Shown piece by piece: positions 38,834 to 48,841 of a DNA stretch of 64,000 nucleotides (positions within the stretch are counted from its first letter, which is position 1; every line of letters begins with the position of its first letter). The stretch covers positions 1,408,001-1,472,000 of the forward strand of contig CAVYGN010000001.1 in assembly GCA_963768055.1 (NCBI GenBank). Direction: 5' to 3'. The notes beneath the pieces were generated by a model that did not search any database, was not told the origin of the DNA, and saw only the letters and a list, made by a program, of their open reading frames with translations. The DNA is from an uncultured Spirochaetota bacterium (lineage in GTDB: Bacteria; Spirochaetota; Brevinematia; Brevinematales; JAOACQ01). The position numbers and the translations under genes were made by a program.

Positions 38834-39712
38834 TCAATCGCCCGCTTTTTCAATAAGATTTCCGACATCGGCGTTTGGTTTCCATATAACAATAAAAACA
38901 TCCTTAGTCCTTGAATAATCGAATTCAGGCCTTACATACAATTTTTTAAAAAATTCTTCCGCCATGGGCTTCCCGATCCCGACTATTTTCCCGATAAGAA
39001 GTCCGGGAGGAAATATGTCGCTTTCTCCGGAAGTGATAACTTCCTCCCCTACAAATGTATCGGCTTCGACAGGTATATATTCAGCGACACAGTTCTGGTT
39101 CCAGGACCCGTTGCCCCTCAGTACGCCGACATATCCGCTGAATTTAAGCTCGACGCCGATATGCATATCCGCGGCAGTTATAATTCTGACTTTCGATGCT
39201 GAAGCGTTTACTTCCGCAGTTTTTCCGACCAGGAATATATCTCCGCTGGCGTTATATGATACTACCGGCATATCGGGTTTTATCTCGTCGAACGCCCCCT
39301 TGTCAATTATAAAATAATCGCCTGTAAGGCCGGGGTCCCTGTAAACTATTCGCGCATATTTGGTATTATATTCGATATGCGATTTAATGCCGATTAATTT
39401 TTTGTATTCTTCGTTTTCCTGCTGAAGTTGTGAAAAAGGCATCAAGGCCTTCTTGTATTTAGCAAGGCTTTCATTAGCGAGGCTCAATTCCTCCTCAAGC
39501 TCCCTGATCTTTGAAATAGCGACAAAGGAGTTAGAAAAGAAATCCCCGATGGATGAAATCGTATTTGGAAAAGGATCGGTTATAAAAAAAAATATAGTCC
39601 TCAAATTAAGGAAATTGACTTTTACATTTAAGAACATTAGAGTAACGGAAATTGAAAGCAGCAAGACAAAGGTGAAAAACGTTTTGTTTCTATAAAAATA
39701 TAGATTCTGCAT
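38834..39712 (-). CDS. mreC: Rod shape-determining protein MreC
   Basis: TM + coiled coil, IIDKG, LVGK, VITSG..IFPPGLLIG. Confidence 0.93.
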   Translation of the reverse strand: MQNLYFYRNKTFFTFVLLLSISVTLMFLNVKVNFLNLRTIFFFITDPFPNTISSIGDFFSNSFVAISKIRELEEELSLANESLAKYKKALMPFSQLQQENEEYKKLIGIKSHIEYNTKYARIVYRDPGLTGDYFIIDKGAFDEIKPDMPVVSYNASGDIFLVGKTAEVNASASKVRIITAADMHIGVELKFSGYVGVLRGNGSWNQNCVAEYIPVEADTFVGEEVITSGESDIFPPGLLIGKIVGIGKPMAEEFFKKLYVRPEFDYSRTKDVFIVIWKPNADVGNLIEKAGD

Positions 39713-39730
39713 CGGATATTACCTTAAATC

Positions 39731-40759
39731 CTATCCGAAATACTGGTTCTCGTATTTTTTTATGTTTTCAAGATATTTGCCCGCACCAAGTACATCGCAG
39801 GTCAGAGGGTTTTCAGAAAGAAAAACAGGTACGCCGGTATTCTTCGATATAAACTTCGGAAGGCCCCTGAGCAACGATCCTCCGCCCGCCATTACAACGC
39901 CCCTTTCGATGATATCGGAAGAAAGCTCGGGAGGAGTCTGGTCCAATGTTTGTCTTACTGCGTCAAGGACCTTGTTTACAGTTTCCTGGAGGGCTTCCCT
40001 GACCTCGACGCTGTCGATTTTAAGGATCCTCGGCAGTCCGCTGATAGCGTCTCTTCCCTTGATTTCCATGGTTTCAACGGTTTTCAGAGGGTAAGCGCTG
40101 CCTATCTTGATTTTTAGCTCTTCAGCCGTTCTTTCCCCTACAATGAGGTTATGATATTTTTTAAGATGGGACATTATCGATTCGTCGAATTTATCACCCC
40201 CGACCCTTATCGAATTACTTATAACTATACCGCCAAGCGATAGGACAGCCACTTCGGTAGTACCGCCGCCGATATCGATAACCATATGTCCGGCCGGTTC
40301 GTCGATCGGAATATTTGCGCCAAGCGCCGCCGCTTTCGGAGCCTCGATAAGGTAAATTTTAGTCGCGCCGGCCTGTTCTGCTGCTTCCCGTACCGCCCTC
40401 CTTTCCACTTCCGTAACCCCTGACGGGACTCCAATAACAACCCTGGGATGAACAAGCTTCCTTCGTGTCTGGCTTTTAGAAATGAAATATTTCATCATTT
40501 TCCCTACAACTTCAAAGTCGGCGATAACGCCTTCCCTCATCGGCCTTATCGCGACAATATCCCCCGGAGTCTTACCGAGCATGTTTTTAGCTTCCTTTCC
40601 GACAGCCATAACCTTTCCGGTCCCTGTTTGTATCGCAACGACCGAGGGTTCGGATAAAACGATCCCCTGCCCTTTTACATAAATGAGCGTATTGGCGGTG
40701 CCTAGATCGACAGCCAGATCGTTAATGAACGCATCCTTGATAACGCTTAGAAAGTTCAT
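39731..40759 (-). CDS. mreB: Rod shape-determining protein MreB
   Basis: [28 protein letters not shown]. Confidence 0.98.
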   Translation of the reverse strand: MNFLSVIKDAFINDLAVDLGTANTLIYVKGQGIVLSEPSVVAIQTGTGKVMAVGKEAKNMLGKTPGDIVAIRPMREGVIADFEVVGKMMKYFISKSQTRRKLVHPRVVIGVPSGVTEVERRAVREAAEQAGATKIYLIEAPKAAALGANIPIDEPAGHMVIDIGGGTTEVAVLSLGGIVISNSIRVGGDKFDESIMSHLKKYHNLIVGERTAEELKIKIGSAYPLKTVETMEIKGRDAISGLPRILKIDSVEVREALQETVNKVLDAVRQTLDQTPPELSSDIIERGVVMAGGGSLLRGLPKFISKNTGVPVFLSENPLTCDVLGAGKYLENIKKYENQYFG

Positions 40760-41186
40760 ATATTCTCCTTCCCTCGATACCTGATTCTAATTTAATATTT
40801 TAACTGAGATTTAAAATTAATTCAAGGTTTCCCCCGGCTATCGTCATCGACCAATACAAGGGGCCGGGCCATCGAAAAACGAATATCAGCAAGTCATAGT
40901 CATTTTTCTTTTTTAATAGATTTCAAATCATAATACTTCAGTTCGAAGTGAATTTTTATCTGACATTATGAGAAAGTGTTAGAGCTGTCAACAAATAAAG
41001 ATGAAAATGCAAGCGCTTATTAGGGATCGTTTATTATAATTAATCGAAATTATAGCTAATTAAAATTTCTTTAATAAAAAAAGCATTCAATCAGTGCTTG
41101 CCGCCTTTATGAGCTAATACAGCTCATGCTTTCAACACAAGCACTTTCGAATAAGGAAGATAAAAATTTACTTCGTACAAAAGCTA

Positions 41187-41597
41187 TTATGATTGAGTCA
41201 CCCCAAACGTCCCGCATGTCAATTCACGCATGATCCTGGAAGCCTCTTTTTTTAAAGGGAACTCCTTTTCCTTCTTATGGAAATGTGTGTCATGCACTTT
41301 GAAGGACATTTTTTTATGGAAAACCCCTCTTCTGGAATGCTCGGCCAATTCCCGCCTGTCCTGAGCATGTAGCATTTCATGATAAATAACGAATTCCAAT
41401 ACCATGGAGGGTATCTTGCCGTTTTTCAGGATCGGATGGATCCTTATTTCGTTTTTCCTTGCATCGTAGGTCCCGAGAGTTAATTTTCTATATCTTTTTT
41501 TTATCAAACCCCTGCTCCACTTTATTGAAGGCGGATCGGGGTTTTGAAAATATGCCCTGTCGATCTTTTGTAAATATTCCTGCAATTCTATTTCCAT
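41187..41597 (-). CDS. SprT/YgjP-like zinc metalloprotease
   Basis: LGTY...IRIHP.L...VIYHEMLH...HDTHF. Confidence 0.8.
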   Translation of the reverse strand: MEIELQEYLQKIDRAYFQNPDPPSIKWSRGLIKKRYRKLTLGTYDARKNEIRIHPILKNGKIPSMVLEFVIYHEMLHAQDRRELAEHSRRGVFHKKMSFKVHDTHFHKKEKEFPLKKEASRIMRELTCGTFGVTQS

Positions 41598-42127
41598 CCC
41601 AATTTCTCCTTCGAGGCCTTAATGCTCTTATATTCATGAGCGGTAAGAAAAATAAGAAGAATATCGAGTACAGTCAGGGCACCTACCCAGAACGAGGGTT
41701 TGTAACTGAACATATAAGCCTGGGTAACGACAAATGCGAAGAGGACTATGATCGCCAGGGGATATGCCCAGAGCTTTCTCTTCCAGAGAAGAAAAACCAG
41801 GATTACTTTAACTATGCCATGAGAGAGCAGGTAATATACAGCAAAGTGCTGGGTTTGTAAAGAAAAGCTTTTGCACATCCTGAGAATATATGCCGCTATC
41901 AGGTCTTTCGGGTCTTCTGAAAGCCCCTGCTCTATAAGAAAATTCGCGATGCGCTTCATCCTGTCTGGAGTCAAAAACATAAGCAGGGAACCGCCGGCGA
42001 CCTCCAGGATTCCATTGATGCCTTTGAGCAGGATCCCTATTTCGAAACTGCCATGAAGAAGGTTGATCCTGTCGGAAAATAATTTTATTTTATTATAAAA
42101 CTTTTTTAGATGCTCGACTATTTTCAC
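41588..42127 (-). CDS. DUF2127-family membrane protein
   Basis: LLKG..GILEVAGG, EDPKD, YLLSHGIVK, LWAYP, HEY. Confidence 0.8.
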   Translation of the reverse strand: MKIVEHLKKFYNKIKLFSDRINLLHGSFEIGILLKGINGILEVAGGSLLMFLTPDRMKRIANFLIEQGLSEDPKDLIAAYILRMCKSFSLQTQHFAVYYLLSHGIVKVILVFLLWKRKLWAYPLAIIVLFAFVVTQAYMFSYKPSFWVGALTVLDILLIFLTAHEYKSIKASKEKLGWK

Positions 42128-42206
42128 CCGGTTTTCCTCTAACTATAAAAAATTCAAGCTAATATTTTAACTAAAGATAAGATTAAAGCAAGTTATCCCC
42201 GCCCTT

Positions 42207-42290
42207 AATGAGAGGTCGCAGCCATTGTGCCGGGCTGCCCGATCCGGTACCGCCGGAAACCGGGCATCCTCTATCCGCGACCTTGTCATT
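42207..42290. ncRNA. Candidate structured RNA (family unassigned, strand uncertain)
   Basis: GC-rich island in an AT-rich spacer with nested stems aatga-gaggtcgc/gcgacct-tcatt, tgcccg/cgggca, tccgg/ccgga and an alternative gcagcc/ggctgc. Confidence 0.55.
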
Positions 42291-42311
42291 TTAAAATAAA
42301 ATTATTATAAT
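42283..42311 (+). promoter_or_regulatory. sigma70 promoter for the glutaredoxin-reductase operon
   Basis: TTGTCA-N17-TATAAT. Confidence 0.7.
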
Positions 42312-42341
42312 AATCTAACGATGTTTTACGGGGAGTTGACC

Positions 42342-42623
42342 ATGAAAGAATTTCAGCATATCGAGGGAAAGAACAAGGGCAATGTGACAATGTTCGCTTT
42401 AAGCACCTGCGTCTGGTGCAAGAAAACAAAAAAATTACTCCAGGAGCTTGGGGTCGATTATTCATATATAGATATGGACCAGGTAGACGTGGAAGTAAAG
42501 GAAAAGTATATAAGCGAGCTGAAAAGCTGGAACCCAAGCTGTTCATACCCGACCCTTGTGATAAACAACAAGGATTGCATTGTCGGATTTGAAGAGGATA
42601 AGATCAAGGAGGCCCTTAAATAA
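42342..42623 (+). CDS. Glutaredoxin/NrdH-like redoxin
   Basis: [19 protein letters not shown]. Confidence 0.9.
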   Translation: MKEFQHIEGKNKGNVTMFALSTCVWCKKTKKLLQELGVDYSYIDMDQVDVEVKEKYISELKSWNPSCSYPTLVINNKDCIVGFEEDKIKEALK

Positions 42624-43138
42624 TGCCGGAAAGTAATATCGAGATCGGGCAGCAGGAAATTGACGCCCTTTACGCCAGGCTTGACAGAGAAGCCGAAAGC
42701 GGGGGTTATCATTTAAATCCCGATGCCGAATTTACGAGGGAGCTGGTTAAAAGCCTCCTCATCAATGAAAACAGGTATGGTTATTGGGCCTGTCCCTGCC
42801 GGCTAGCCTCAGGGAGTAAAAATGACGACCTGGATATCATCTGCCCATGCGACTACCGGGACCCCGATCTGCAGGATTACGGTGACTGTTATTGCGCTCT
42901 TTATGTATCGACTGCTGTAAAGGAAGGCAGGGAAAAAGCCAGGTCGATTCCCGAAAGGAGGCCTGAAAGCGAATTAAGGCTGCAGAATGCACAATCGACG
43001 GCCGCTTCCGTGGCCGGGAAACTCCCTTACCCTGTCTGGAGATGCAGGGTCTGCGGGTATCTCTGCGCCAGAGATAATCCCCCGGAAATTTGCCCTGTTT
43101 GCAAGGCAAAAAAAGACAGGTTCGAACGATTCATGTAA
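42623..43138 (+). CDS. Ferredoxin-thioredoxin reductase catalytic domain + rubredoxin-like domain (FDR type)
   Basis: CPCR, CPCDY, CYCALY; C-terminal CRVC...CPVC; TAATG coupling to the redoxin. Confidence 0.9.
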   Translation: MPESNIEIGQQEIDALYARLDREAESGGYHLNPDAEFTRELVKSLLINENRYGYWACPCRLASGSKNDDLDIICPCDYRDPDLQDYGDCYCALYVSTAVKEGREKARSIPERRPESELRLQNAQSTAASVAGKLPYPVWRCRVCGYLCARDNPPEICPVCKAKKDRFERFM

Positions 43139-43218
43139 ATAAGGAAACTGGGAAGGATTTTTTTATGGTGATGTTTAGCATTTAATAGGATAAATTTTAA
43201 AGGAAGTCGATAATGGGG

Positions 43219-43704
43219 TTACTCCCCCTTTCTAACCCTCCTTACAGCCTCCTTCGCATCTGTAAAGTTATATCCCCCTCTTATTAAATAAGATATCAGG
43301 GTCCTGTCGTCTTTTTGTTCTATGATCCTTAATTTCCTGTAAAGCATTTTAACGGCCCTGTCAACCGGATTTTCATCCCCGGATAATTCTTCAAGTACCT
43401 CGGTAATAATTTGTTTATCTATGCCTTTTTCACAAAGTTCGTTTTTTATCCTGGCCGGCCCGAAATTTTTGGCTTCGGCCCTTTCCTTTGCCCACATGCG
43501 GGCAAAAATGAGATCGTCGAGGAGGTTTTCTTCAAGTAGCTTTATTATCGTTCCTTCGACCGCTACCGGGGAATAACCCCGCGATTTAAGCTTTTTCCCG
43601 ACCTCCAATACGCTTCTCGGCTTATATTTGATATAACGAAGTGCAGCCATATAAGCGGCTTCTTTTACTTCAGGGCTTATTTTCCCGTTTTCTTCATAAT
43701 TCAT
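43219..43704 (-). CDS. recX: Regulatory protein RecX
   Basis: ALRY...RS..E...KL, LLDDLIFA, GPARIKNELCEKGID, LIRGGY. Confidence 0.88.
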   Translation of the reverse strand: MNYEENGKISPEVKEAAYMAALRYIKYKPRSVLEVGKKLKSRGYSPVAVEGTIIKLLEENLLDDLIFARMWAKERAEAKNFGPARIKNELCEKGIDKQIITEVLEELSGDENPVDRAVKMLYRKLRIIEQKDDRTLISYLIRGGYNFTDAKEAVRRVRKGE

Positions 43705-43845
43705 TTTCTTAATTCCTCATTTGCTCCGAAAGATCTGTATAAATCTCCGGATAATTTCGTTTCTCCTCACCGGACTTCAAGTTAAAAAAAGAAATAACCG
43801 ATTAGACTATGTTACTCGATAATTATACAATAAAGGATATTATTT

Positions 43846-44598
43846 ATGAAGTTTTTAATCCTGCCTATCCTCCTATTAATGGCTTCCCCGCCGGTTTTCG
43901 CAGACGGGAAAACGATCGTCTTATGCTACCACACGTTTATCGGATTGCCCTGGGACAAATTTGATTTTTCTCCTAAAATATTCAACAAGCAGATAGTAAG
44001 CATGAAAAAGCTCGGGTACAGGTTTGTCAGCTTCCAGGACATGCTTTCTAATACTTTGACAGGAAACACGAATATCCTTATCACATTTGACGACGGAAAC
44101 CAGTCGGTGCGTTCCGTTTATCAAAATATAGTTGAAAAATACGGGATTAAGCCGATCCTTTTTATTTATCCGGCAATTATAAGCCATGTACATTACGCTT
44201 TGAACTATTCCGATCTCCAGGTTTTTGAAAATGAGGGGGCCGTTATCGGGGCGCATGGTTACTACCATCTTTTCGTAAACGAAAAATTGTACAAACGGGA
44301 CTCCGTTTCTTTCATACGCGAAATCTATAAGCCGAAGGACATACTCAGTAAAAACCTCAAAACCAATGTAAATATTTACGCATACCCCTTCGGGGCCTAT
44401 TCCGAGGTAACGGTAGATTATCTGAAAAAAGCAGGTTACTCTTACGCTTTTACTATAAAACCCGGCCCGACAAAAGTTCCGCTGGGATTAAACCCCGATC
44501 CCTATAAATTGCCCCGCTACCTGGTAACAAAGTCGAGCTGGAAATATATTTATAGACTATTAAAAAATAACGCCAGGTCTTACAGGCAAATTTCATAA
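43846..44598 (+). CDS. Exported polysaccharide deacetylase (CE4)
   Basis: LCYH, ITFDDG, GAHGYYH, YAYPFG, LPRY. Confidence 0.9.
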   Translation: MKFLILPILLLMASPPVFADGKTIVLCYHTFIGLPWDKFDFSPKIFNKQIVSMKKLGYRFVSFQDMLSNTLTGNTNILITFDDGNQSVRSVYQNIVEKYGIKPILFIYPAIISHVHYALNYSDLQVFENEGAVIGAHGYYHLFVNEKLYKRDSVSFIREIYKPKDILSKNLKTNVNIYAYPFGAYSEVTVDYLKKAGYSYAFTIKPGPTKVPLGLNPDPYKLPRYLVTKSSWKYIYRLLKNNARSYRQIS

Positions 44599-44616
44599 GG
44601 ATCATAAGGAAACGAT

Positions 44617-46365
44617 ATGAGACCTGTCAGAATATCGATATGCCAGTATAATTTCACAGTTGGCGATATCAACGGCAATATTCAAAAAATTAAAGAGGGG
44701 ATTGTCAGGGCCCTCGATGAAAAATCAGACATGGCCGTTTTCCCCGAGCTTGCTCTCACAGGCTACCCTCCTGAGGACCTTGTTTTTAAACCCCAGTTTA
44801 TCGATAAATCGATAAATGCAATGGAATCCCTCTCCGATTATTCTAAAGGGAAAAAGATCCTGATCATAGCGGGTTATATTTTCAGAGACCAGGCAAGCGG
44901 CAATATTTTCGATTCAGCCGGTATCGTATATAACGGCAGGCTTGCAGGAATATACAATAAGATTTACCTTCCTAATTACGGGGTTTTTGACGAACAGCGT
45001 TATTTTTCACCCGGAAACTGCCTTCCGGTATATATTTACAGGGGAGTCCGCATTGGAATCAATATCTGTGAAGATATCTGGTATCCGACCGGGCCGCTTC
45101 ATTATCAGTCGTCATCCCTGAACGCCGAACTGATTATCAATATAAGCGCGTCCCCCTTCCATACCGGCAAGCAGGACTATAGGGAAAAAATGTTCGGTAC
45201 GAGAGCCGGGGACGAATCGGTAATCCTGGTGAACTGCAACCTTGTCGGGGGACAGGATGAACTGGTTTTCGACGGTTTTTCAACTGCATATGATGCTGAC
45301 GGCAATTTGATCGCAAGGCTTGACGGGTTCAGGCAGGATTTCGCTACAATTGAAGTTGACGCCGATTCGGTGTTCAGGAAGAGGCTGAAGGATATCAGGA
45401 GAAGGCAGGAAAAGGAAAGTCAGGTCAGCCCGTTCAAGATTATGACATTAGAAATCGACCCTCATATAATTAAAGATCGCAAGCCTGCCCTTTATATGCC
45501 CCCTATTAAAGATAAAAAAAGCAATATTGCCGATATTTATGAGGCTTTAACGCTCGGAACATCGGATTATGTAGATAAAAACGGATTTGATAAAGTGATA
45601 GTGGCCCTCAGCGGCGGAATCGATTCGGCGCTTGTCGCTGCAATAGCGGTAGACGCTCTAGGACCTGAAAAGGTTATAGGGATTTTCCTCCCTTCAATTT
45701 TTTCCGCTTCCATAAGCGGTGAGGATGCCCGTAAACTATCTCATAATTTGGGGATCGAACTTCTGGAACTTTCGATACAGGACATTTATGAATTATACAA
45801 TTTAAAACTCAAAGGGATTTTCGGAGGAAAACCCTTCGGGGTAGCTGAAGAAAACCTTCAGTCCCGAATCAGGGGTAATATCGTGATGGCGATATCGAAT
45901 AAATTCGGATGGCTGGTCCTTACGACCGGCAATAAAAGCGAAATGAGCACAGGATATGCCACATTATATGGAGATATGGCCGGGGGTTTCGCTGTGATCA
46001 AAGATGTATTGAAAACCACAGTGTTTGAACTTGCAGGATTTCGGAACGGAATAAAACCTGTGATACCCCGGAGAATCATCGAGAGGGCGCCTTCTGCCGA
46101 ACTTCGGGAAGAGCAGAAAGACACCGATACCCTGCCGGATTACCCTGTTCTCGACAGGATAATCAAGGCCTATGTTGAACAGGACAACCCTATTGATGAA
46201 ATAATAAAAGAATCGGGGAATGAAAAACTTGTCAGGAAAGTAATTGCCATGATAGATAAAAGCGAGTATAAAAGAAGGCAATCTCCCCCCGGGATAAAAA
46301 TCACCCCGAGGGCGTTCGGCCGGGACAGAAGAATGCCGATCACGAACTCTTTCAGAACCGAATAA
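44617..46365 (+). CDS. nadE: Glutamine-dependent NAD+ synthetase
   Basis: Nitrilase domain (FPEL.LTGYPPED, ICEDIW) + SGGIDS, ENLQSRIRG, TGNKSE, SAELR. Confidence 0.97.
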   Translation: MRPVRISICQYNFTVGDINGNIQKIKEGIVRALDEKSDMAVFPELALTGYPPEDLVFKPQFIDKSINAMESLSDYSKGKKILIIAGYIFRDQASGNIFDSAGIVYNGRLAGIYNKIYLPNYGVFDEQRYFSPGNCLPVYIYRGVRIGINICEDIWYPTGPLHYQSSSLNAELIINISASPFHTGKQDYREKMFGTRAGDESVILVNCNLVGGQDELVFDGFSTAYDADGNLIARLDGFRQDFATIEVDADSVFRKRLKDIRRRQEKESQVSPFKIMTLEIDPHIIKDRKPALYMPPIKDKKSNIADIYEALTLGTSDYVDKNGFDKVIVALSGGIDSALVAAIAVDALGPEKVIGIFLPSIFSASISGEDARKLSHNLGIELLELSIQDIYELYNLKLKGIFGGKPFGVAEENLQSRIRGNIVMAISNKFGWLVLTTGNKSEMSTGYATLYGDMAGGFAVIKDVLKTTVFELAGFRNGIKPVIPRRIIERAPSAELREEQKDTDTLPDYPVLDRIIKAYVEQDNPIDEIIKESGNEKLVRKVIAMIDKSEYKRRQSPPGIKITPRAFGRDRRMPITNSFRTE

Positions 46366-46393
46366 AAGGTTCTAGTTGCTATCTTAAAATGAT

Positions 46394-47578
46394 CTATTTT
46401 CTTTTCTTCCAATTTTTAAGTATTTCAATATAACGTCCCTTCACAGAATCTACAGCCTTTTCCCAGGGCTTATTGATTGTTTCCCTTGCGTTTTTGCCGA
46501 CAAGCTCCAGGTTTTTCCGGTCGGATAGGACGTTCTTGATAACCTCCGCCATAGCTTCAGGCTTATTTTCAGTAAGAAAGCAGTTATAATTATCTTTTGA
46601 GCCCTCGGCGGTATTGCTCCCTCTGACCATAATAGAGGGCTTTCCCGCCGCGGCTGCTTCCTGAACCACAAGGCTCGAGGTATCATAAAGAGACGGGAAT
46701 ATGAACAGGTCCATGCGGGAATACAGCATTCTAATAAATTCCCTGTCCGAAATAAGGCCCGCAAATATTACATTTTGACTAAGATCAAGGTCTTCTACCA
46801 TCTTTTTCATTTCGGGTTCATCATCCCCTTTCCCAACGAAAATCATCTTGAAGGGTATTTTTTTATTCTTCAATGCTGCTAAAGAATCAATGGTCATTTT
46901 AAGGTTTTTATGCCATACATGCTGGCCGACATAAAGAAGAATATTGTCGTTTTCCGAAATGCCGTATTTCTTGTTGACTATTTCACGGGCTTTCAGAGGG
47001 TCCGCAGGAGGTTCGTAATCGTTGCCGTTCTCAGCAACCTCTACTGTTTTTTTGAATCCGTAACCTTTAAGGGTTTCCGCCGATGATGCGTTAGGGGTCC
47101 AGACAAAATCGCATTTATGATAAAAATCCACGGCCCATTTAAGTAAATCCCCTGCAAGGGGTTTGTATTTTACTGCCGTTAGAAAATCGTCATAGTACTT
47201 TGTATGAAAGGTCGCAACGATAGGAATATTCCTTTTTTTTGCTATAGTAAGGCCGAGCCGTCCCGAACTGAAAGGGCAATGGGCATGTATGATGTCGAAC
47301 GGAATGTTTTTCATAATATAGGGGAGGCGAATATCCAGCCTGGGCAGGCCAAGCCTGTAGGATCCCCTGAAGGGCTGAGGCAATGAAAAGTAAGTGACAA
47401 ACTCAAATTCATCCTCAGTATAAATATGTCTCGGATATTTCGGAGTTACGACAATTGAACGGACATTTTTTTTCCTGAGCCATTTCGCATAATTGTATGT
47501 AACGTTTGCGACTCCGTCAAGAACCGGCGCAAATGAATCGTTAAAAATTCCGGCACAAAAATCGAATTTCGAGGCCAT
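46394..47578 (-). CDS. Glycosyltransferase family 4 (diacylglycerol glycosyltransferase-like)
   Basis: FNDSFAPVLDGV, HAHCPF, TFHTKY, FPSLYDTSSLVVQEAAA. Confidence 0.88.
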   Translation of the reverse strand: MASKFDFCAGIFNDSFAPVLDGVANVTYNYAKWLRKKNVRSIVVTPKYPRHIYTEDEFEFVTYFSLPQPFRGSYRLGLPRLDIRLPYIMKNIPFDIIHAHCPFSSGRLGLTIAKKRNIPIVATFHTKYYDDFLTAVKYKPLAGDLLKWAVDFYHKCDFVWTPNASSAETLKGYGFKKTVEVAENGNDYEPPADPLKAREIVNKKYGISENDNILLYVGQHVWHKNLKMTIDSLAALKNKKIPFKMIFVGKGDDEPEMKKMVEDLDLSQNVIFAGLISDREFIRMLYSRMDLFIFPSLYDTSSLVVQEAAAAGKPSIMVRGSNTAEGSKDNYNCFLTENKPEAMAEVIKNVLSDRKNLELVGKNARETINKPWEKAVDSVKGRYIEILKNWKKRK

Positions 47579-47679
47579 TTTTTTCTCCTTTATTTTTTTT
47601 CAACATTAATTAAAATTATATTATAATATAATCGGTCTGGCAATCTTTATACCTGATAAAAAACCGGGAGGTTTGTTTT

Positions 47680-48804
47680 ATGTCACAGCTTACTATAAGG
47701 ACCGTGAATTCCAGGCGTGACCGTCTTGAATTTATCAAATCCTCGTGGAATTTTTACAAGAATGACCGGCACTGGGTCCCGCCCCTGATATTCGACCAGA
47801 TGGAATTCCTGGACCCTGGGAAGGGAGTTTTCTTCGATTACGGGGAAGCGAAACTTTTCCTTGCTTACAAAAACGGAAAGCCGGTCGGCAGGTTATCAGC
47901 CCATATCAATAACAGGCATGAAGAATTATACCATGATAACAAAGGTTTCTTCGGATTTTTCGAATGCGAGAATGATCGGGAAACAGCCAGGGCCCTTTTT
48001 ACGGAAGCCGAAAAGTACCTGAAAAATCACGGAAAGACATCGATTGAAGGGCCTTTAAGTTTCAGCATTTATGACGAGGTCGGAGTCCTGGTCGACGGCT
48101 TCGATACCGATCCTTATGTAATGAACGTTCATAATCCCGAATATTACGGCAGGTTGATTGAAAATAACGGTTTTAAAAAATCAGTCGACTGGTACGCTTT
48201 CAGGACCAGGAAGGGCGTTACCGACAAGGCCCTTGATCCCCGGTTCTTTAAAATTCGCGACAGGATTGTTAAAAATCCTGCCGTCAATATATATACTATA
48301 AAAGGCAGGAATATTGATGTGGAGGCGGAAAAGCTCAAGGAGATTTTCCATAACGCCTGGAACAGTAACTGGGGGCATGTGAATTTCACTGACCGGGAAT
48401 TCAACCGCCTCAAATCCGCCTTGAAAATGATGTATGTGGAGGATCTGACTTTCTTTGCTGAATATAAGGGAAAACCGGTGGGGTTCGCCCTCACGGTTTA
48501 CAACGCCAATGAGGCCGTGAAGAAAATGAATGGAAGGCTATTTCCGTTCGGTTTTATCCAGTTAATGAAGTTTAAAAAATCGCGGAAGTTCAGGCTTTTC
48601 GCAATGGGAGTTCTGGAGGAATACCGCCACCTCGGCCTGGAGACAGCCCTGAATATGTCCGTTATTGAGAAGGGCCTGGAGCTCGGTTTTATTGAAGCCG
48701 AGGAATCCCTTATAGTTGAAACGAACGAGAGGATGCTTAGTTCGATGGAACACCTCCTGGCTGAACGCTACAAGACTTACAGGATTTACTCGAAAAACAT
48801 TTAG
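47680..48804 (+). CDS. YghO-like tandem GNAT acyltransferase
   Basis: WVPPL, GRLSA, GFFGFFE, GP....YDE.GVLVDGF, NPEYY, NWG, ETNERM...K.YRIY. Confidence 0.8.
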   Translation: MSQLTIRTVNSRRDRLEFIKSSWNFYKNDRHWVPPLIFDQMEFLDPGKGVFFDYGEAKLFLAYKNGKPVGRLSAHINNRHEELYHDNKGFFGFFECENDRETARALFTEAEKYLKNHGKTSIEGPLSFSIYDEVGVLVDGFDTDPYVMNVHNPEYYGRLIENNGFKKSVDWYAFRTRKGVTDKALDPRFFKIRDRIVKNPAVNIYTIKGRNIDVEAEKLKEIFHNAWNSNWGHVNFTDREFNRLKSALKMMYVEDLTFFAEYKGKPVGFALTVYNANEAVKKMNGRLFPFGFIQLMKFKKSRKFRLFAMGVLEEYRHLGLETALNMSVIEKGLELGFIEAEESLIVETNERMLSSMEHLLAERYKTYRIYSKNI

Positions 48805-48809
48805 ACAAC

Positions 48810-48826
48810 TTAGAAGCGCCCTGGAG
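48810..48826 (-). repeat. Solo MITE-end sequence, 17-bp direct repeat of 51134-51150
   Basis: ttagaagcgccctggag at both sites. Confidence 0.6.
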
Positions 48827-48841
48827 ATATTGCTGATTTTC

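Noticed and set aside
40770..41186. ncRNA or IS remnant in the ~420-bp spacer upstream of mreB
   Set aside because: AT-rich, with no convincing long stem, paired terminal repeats or ORF found by eye.
43705..43800. recA remnant upstream of recX
   Set aside because: No RecA-like translation recognised in the short spacer; recX unlinked from recA is common.
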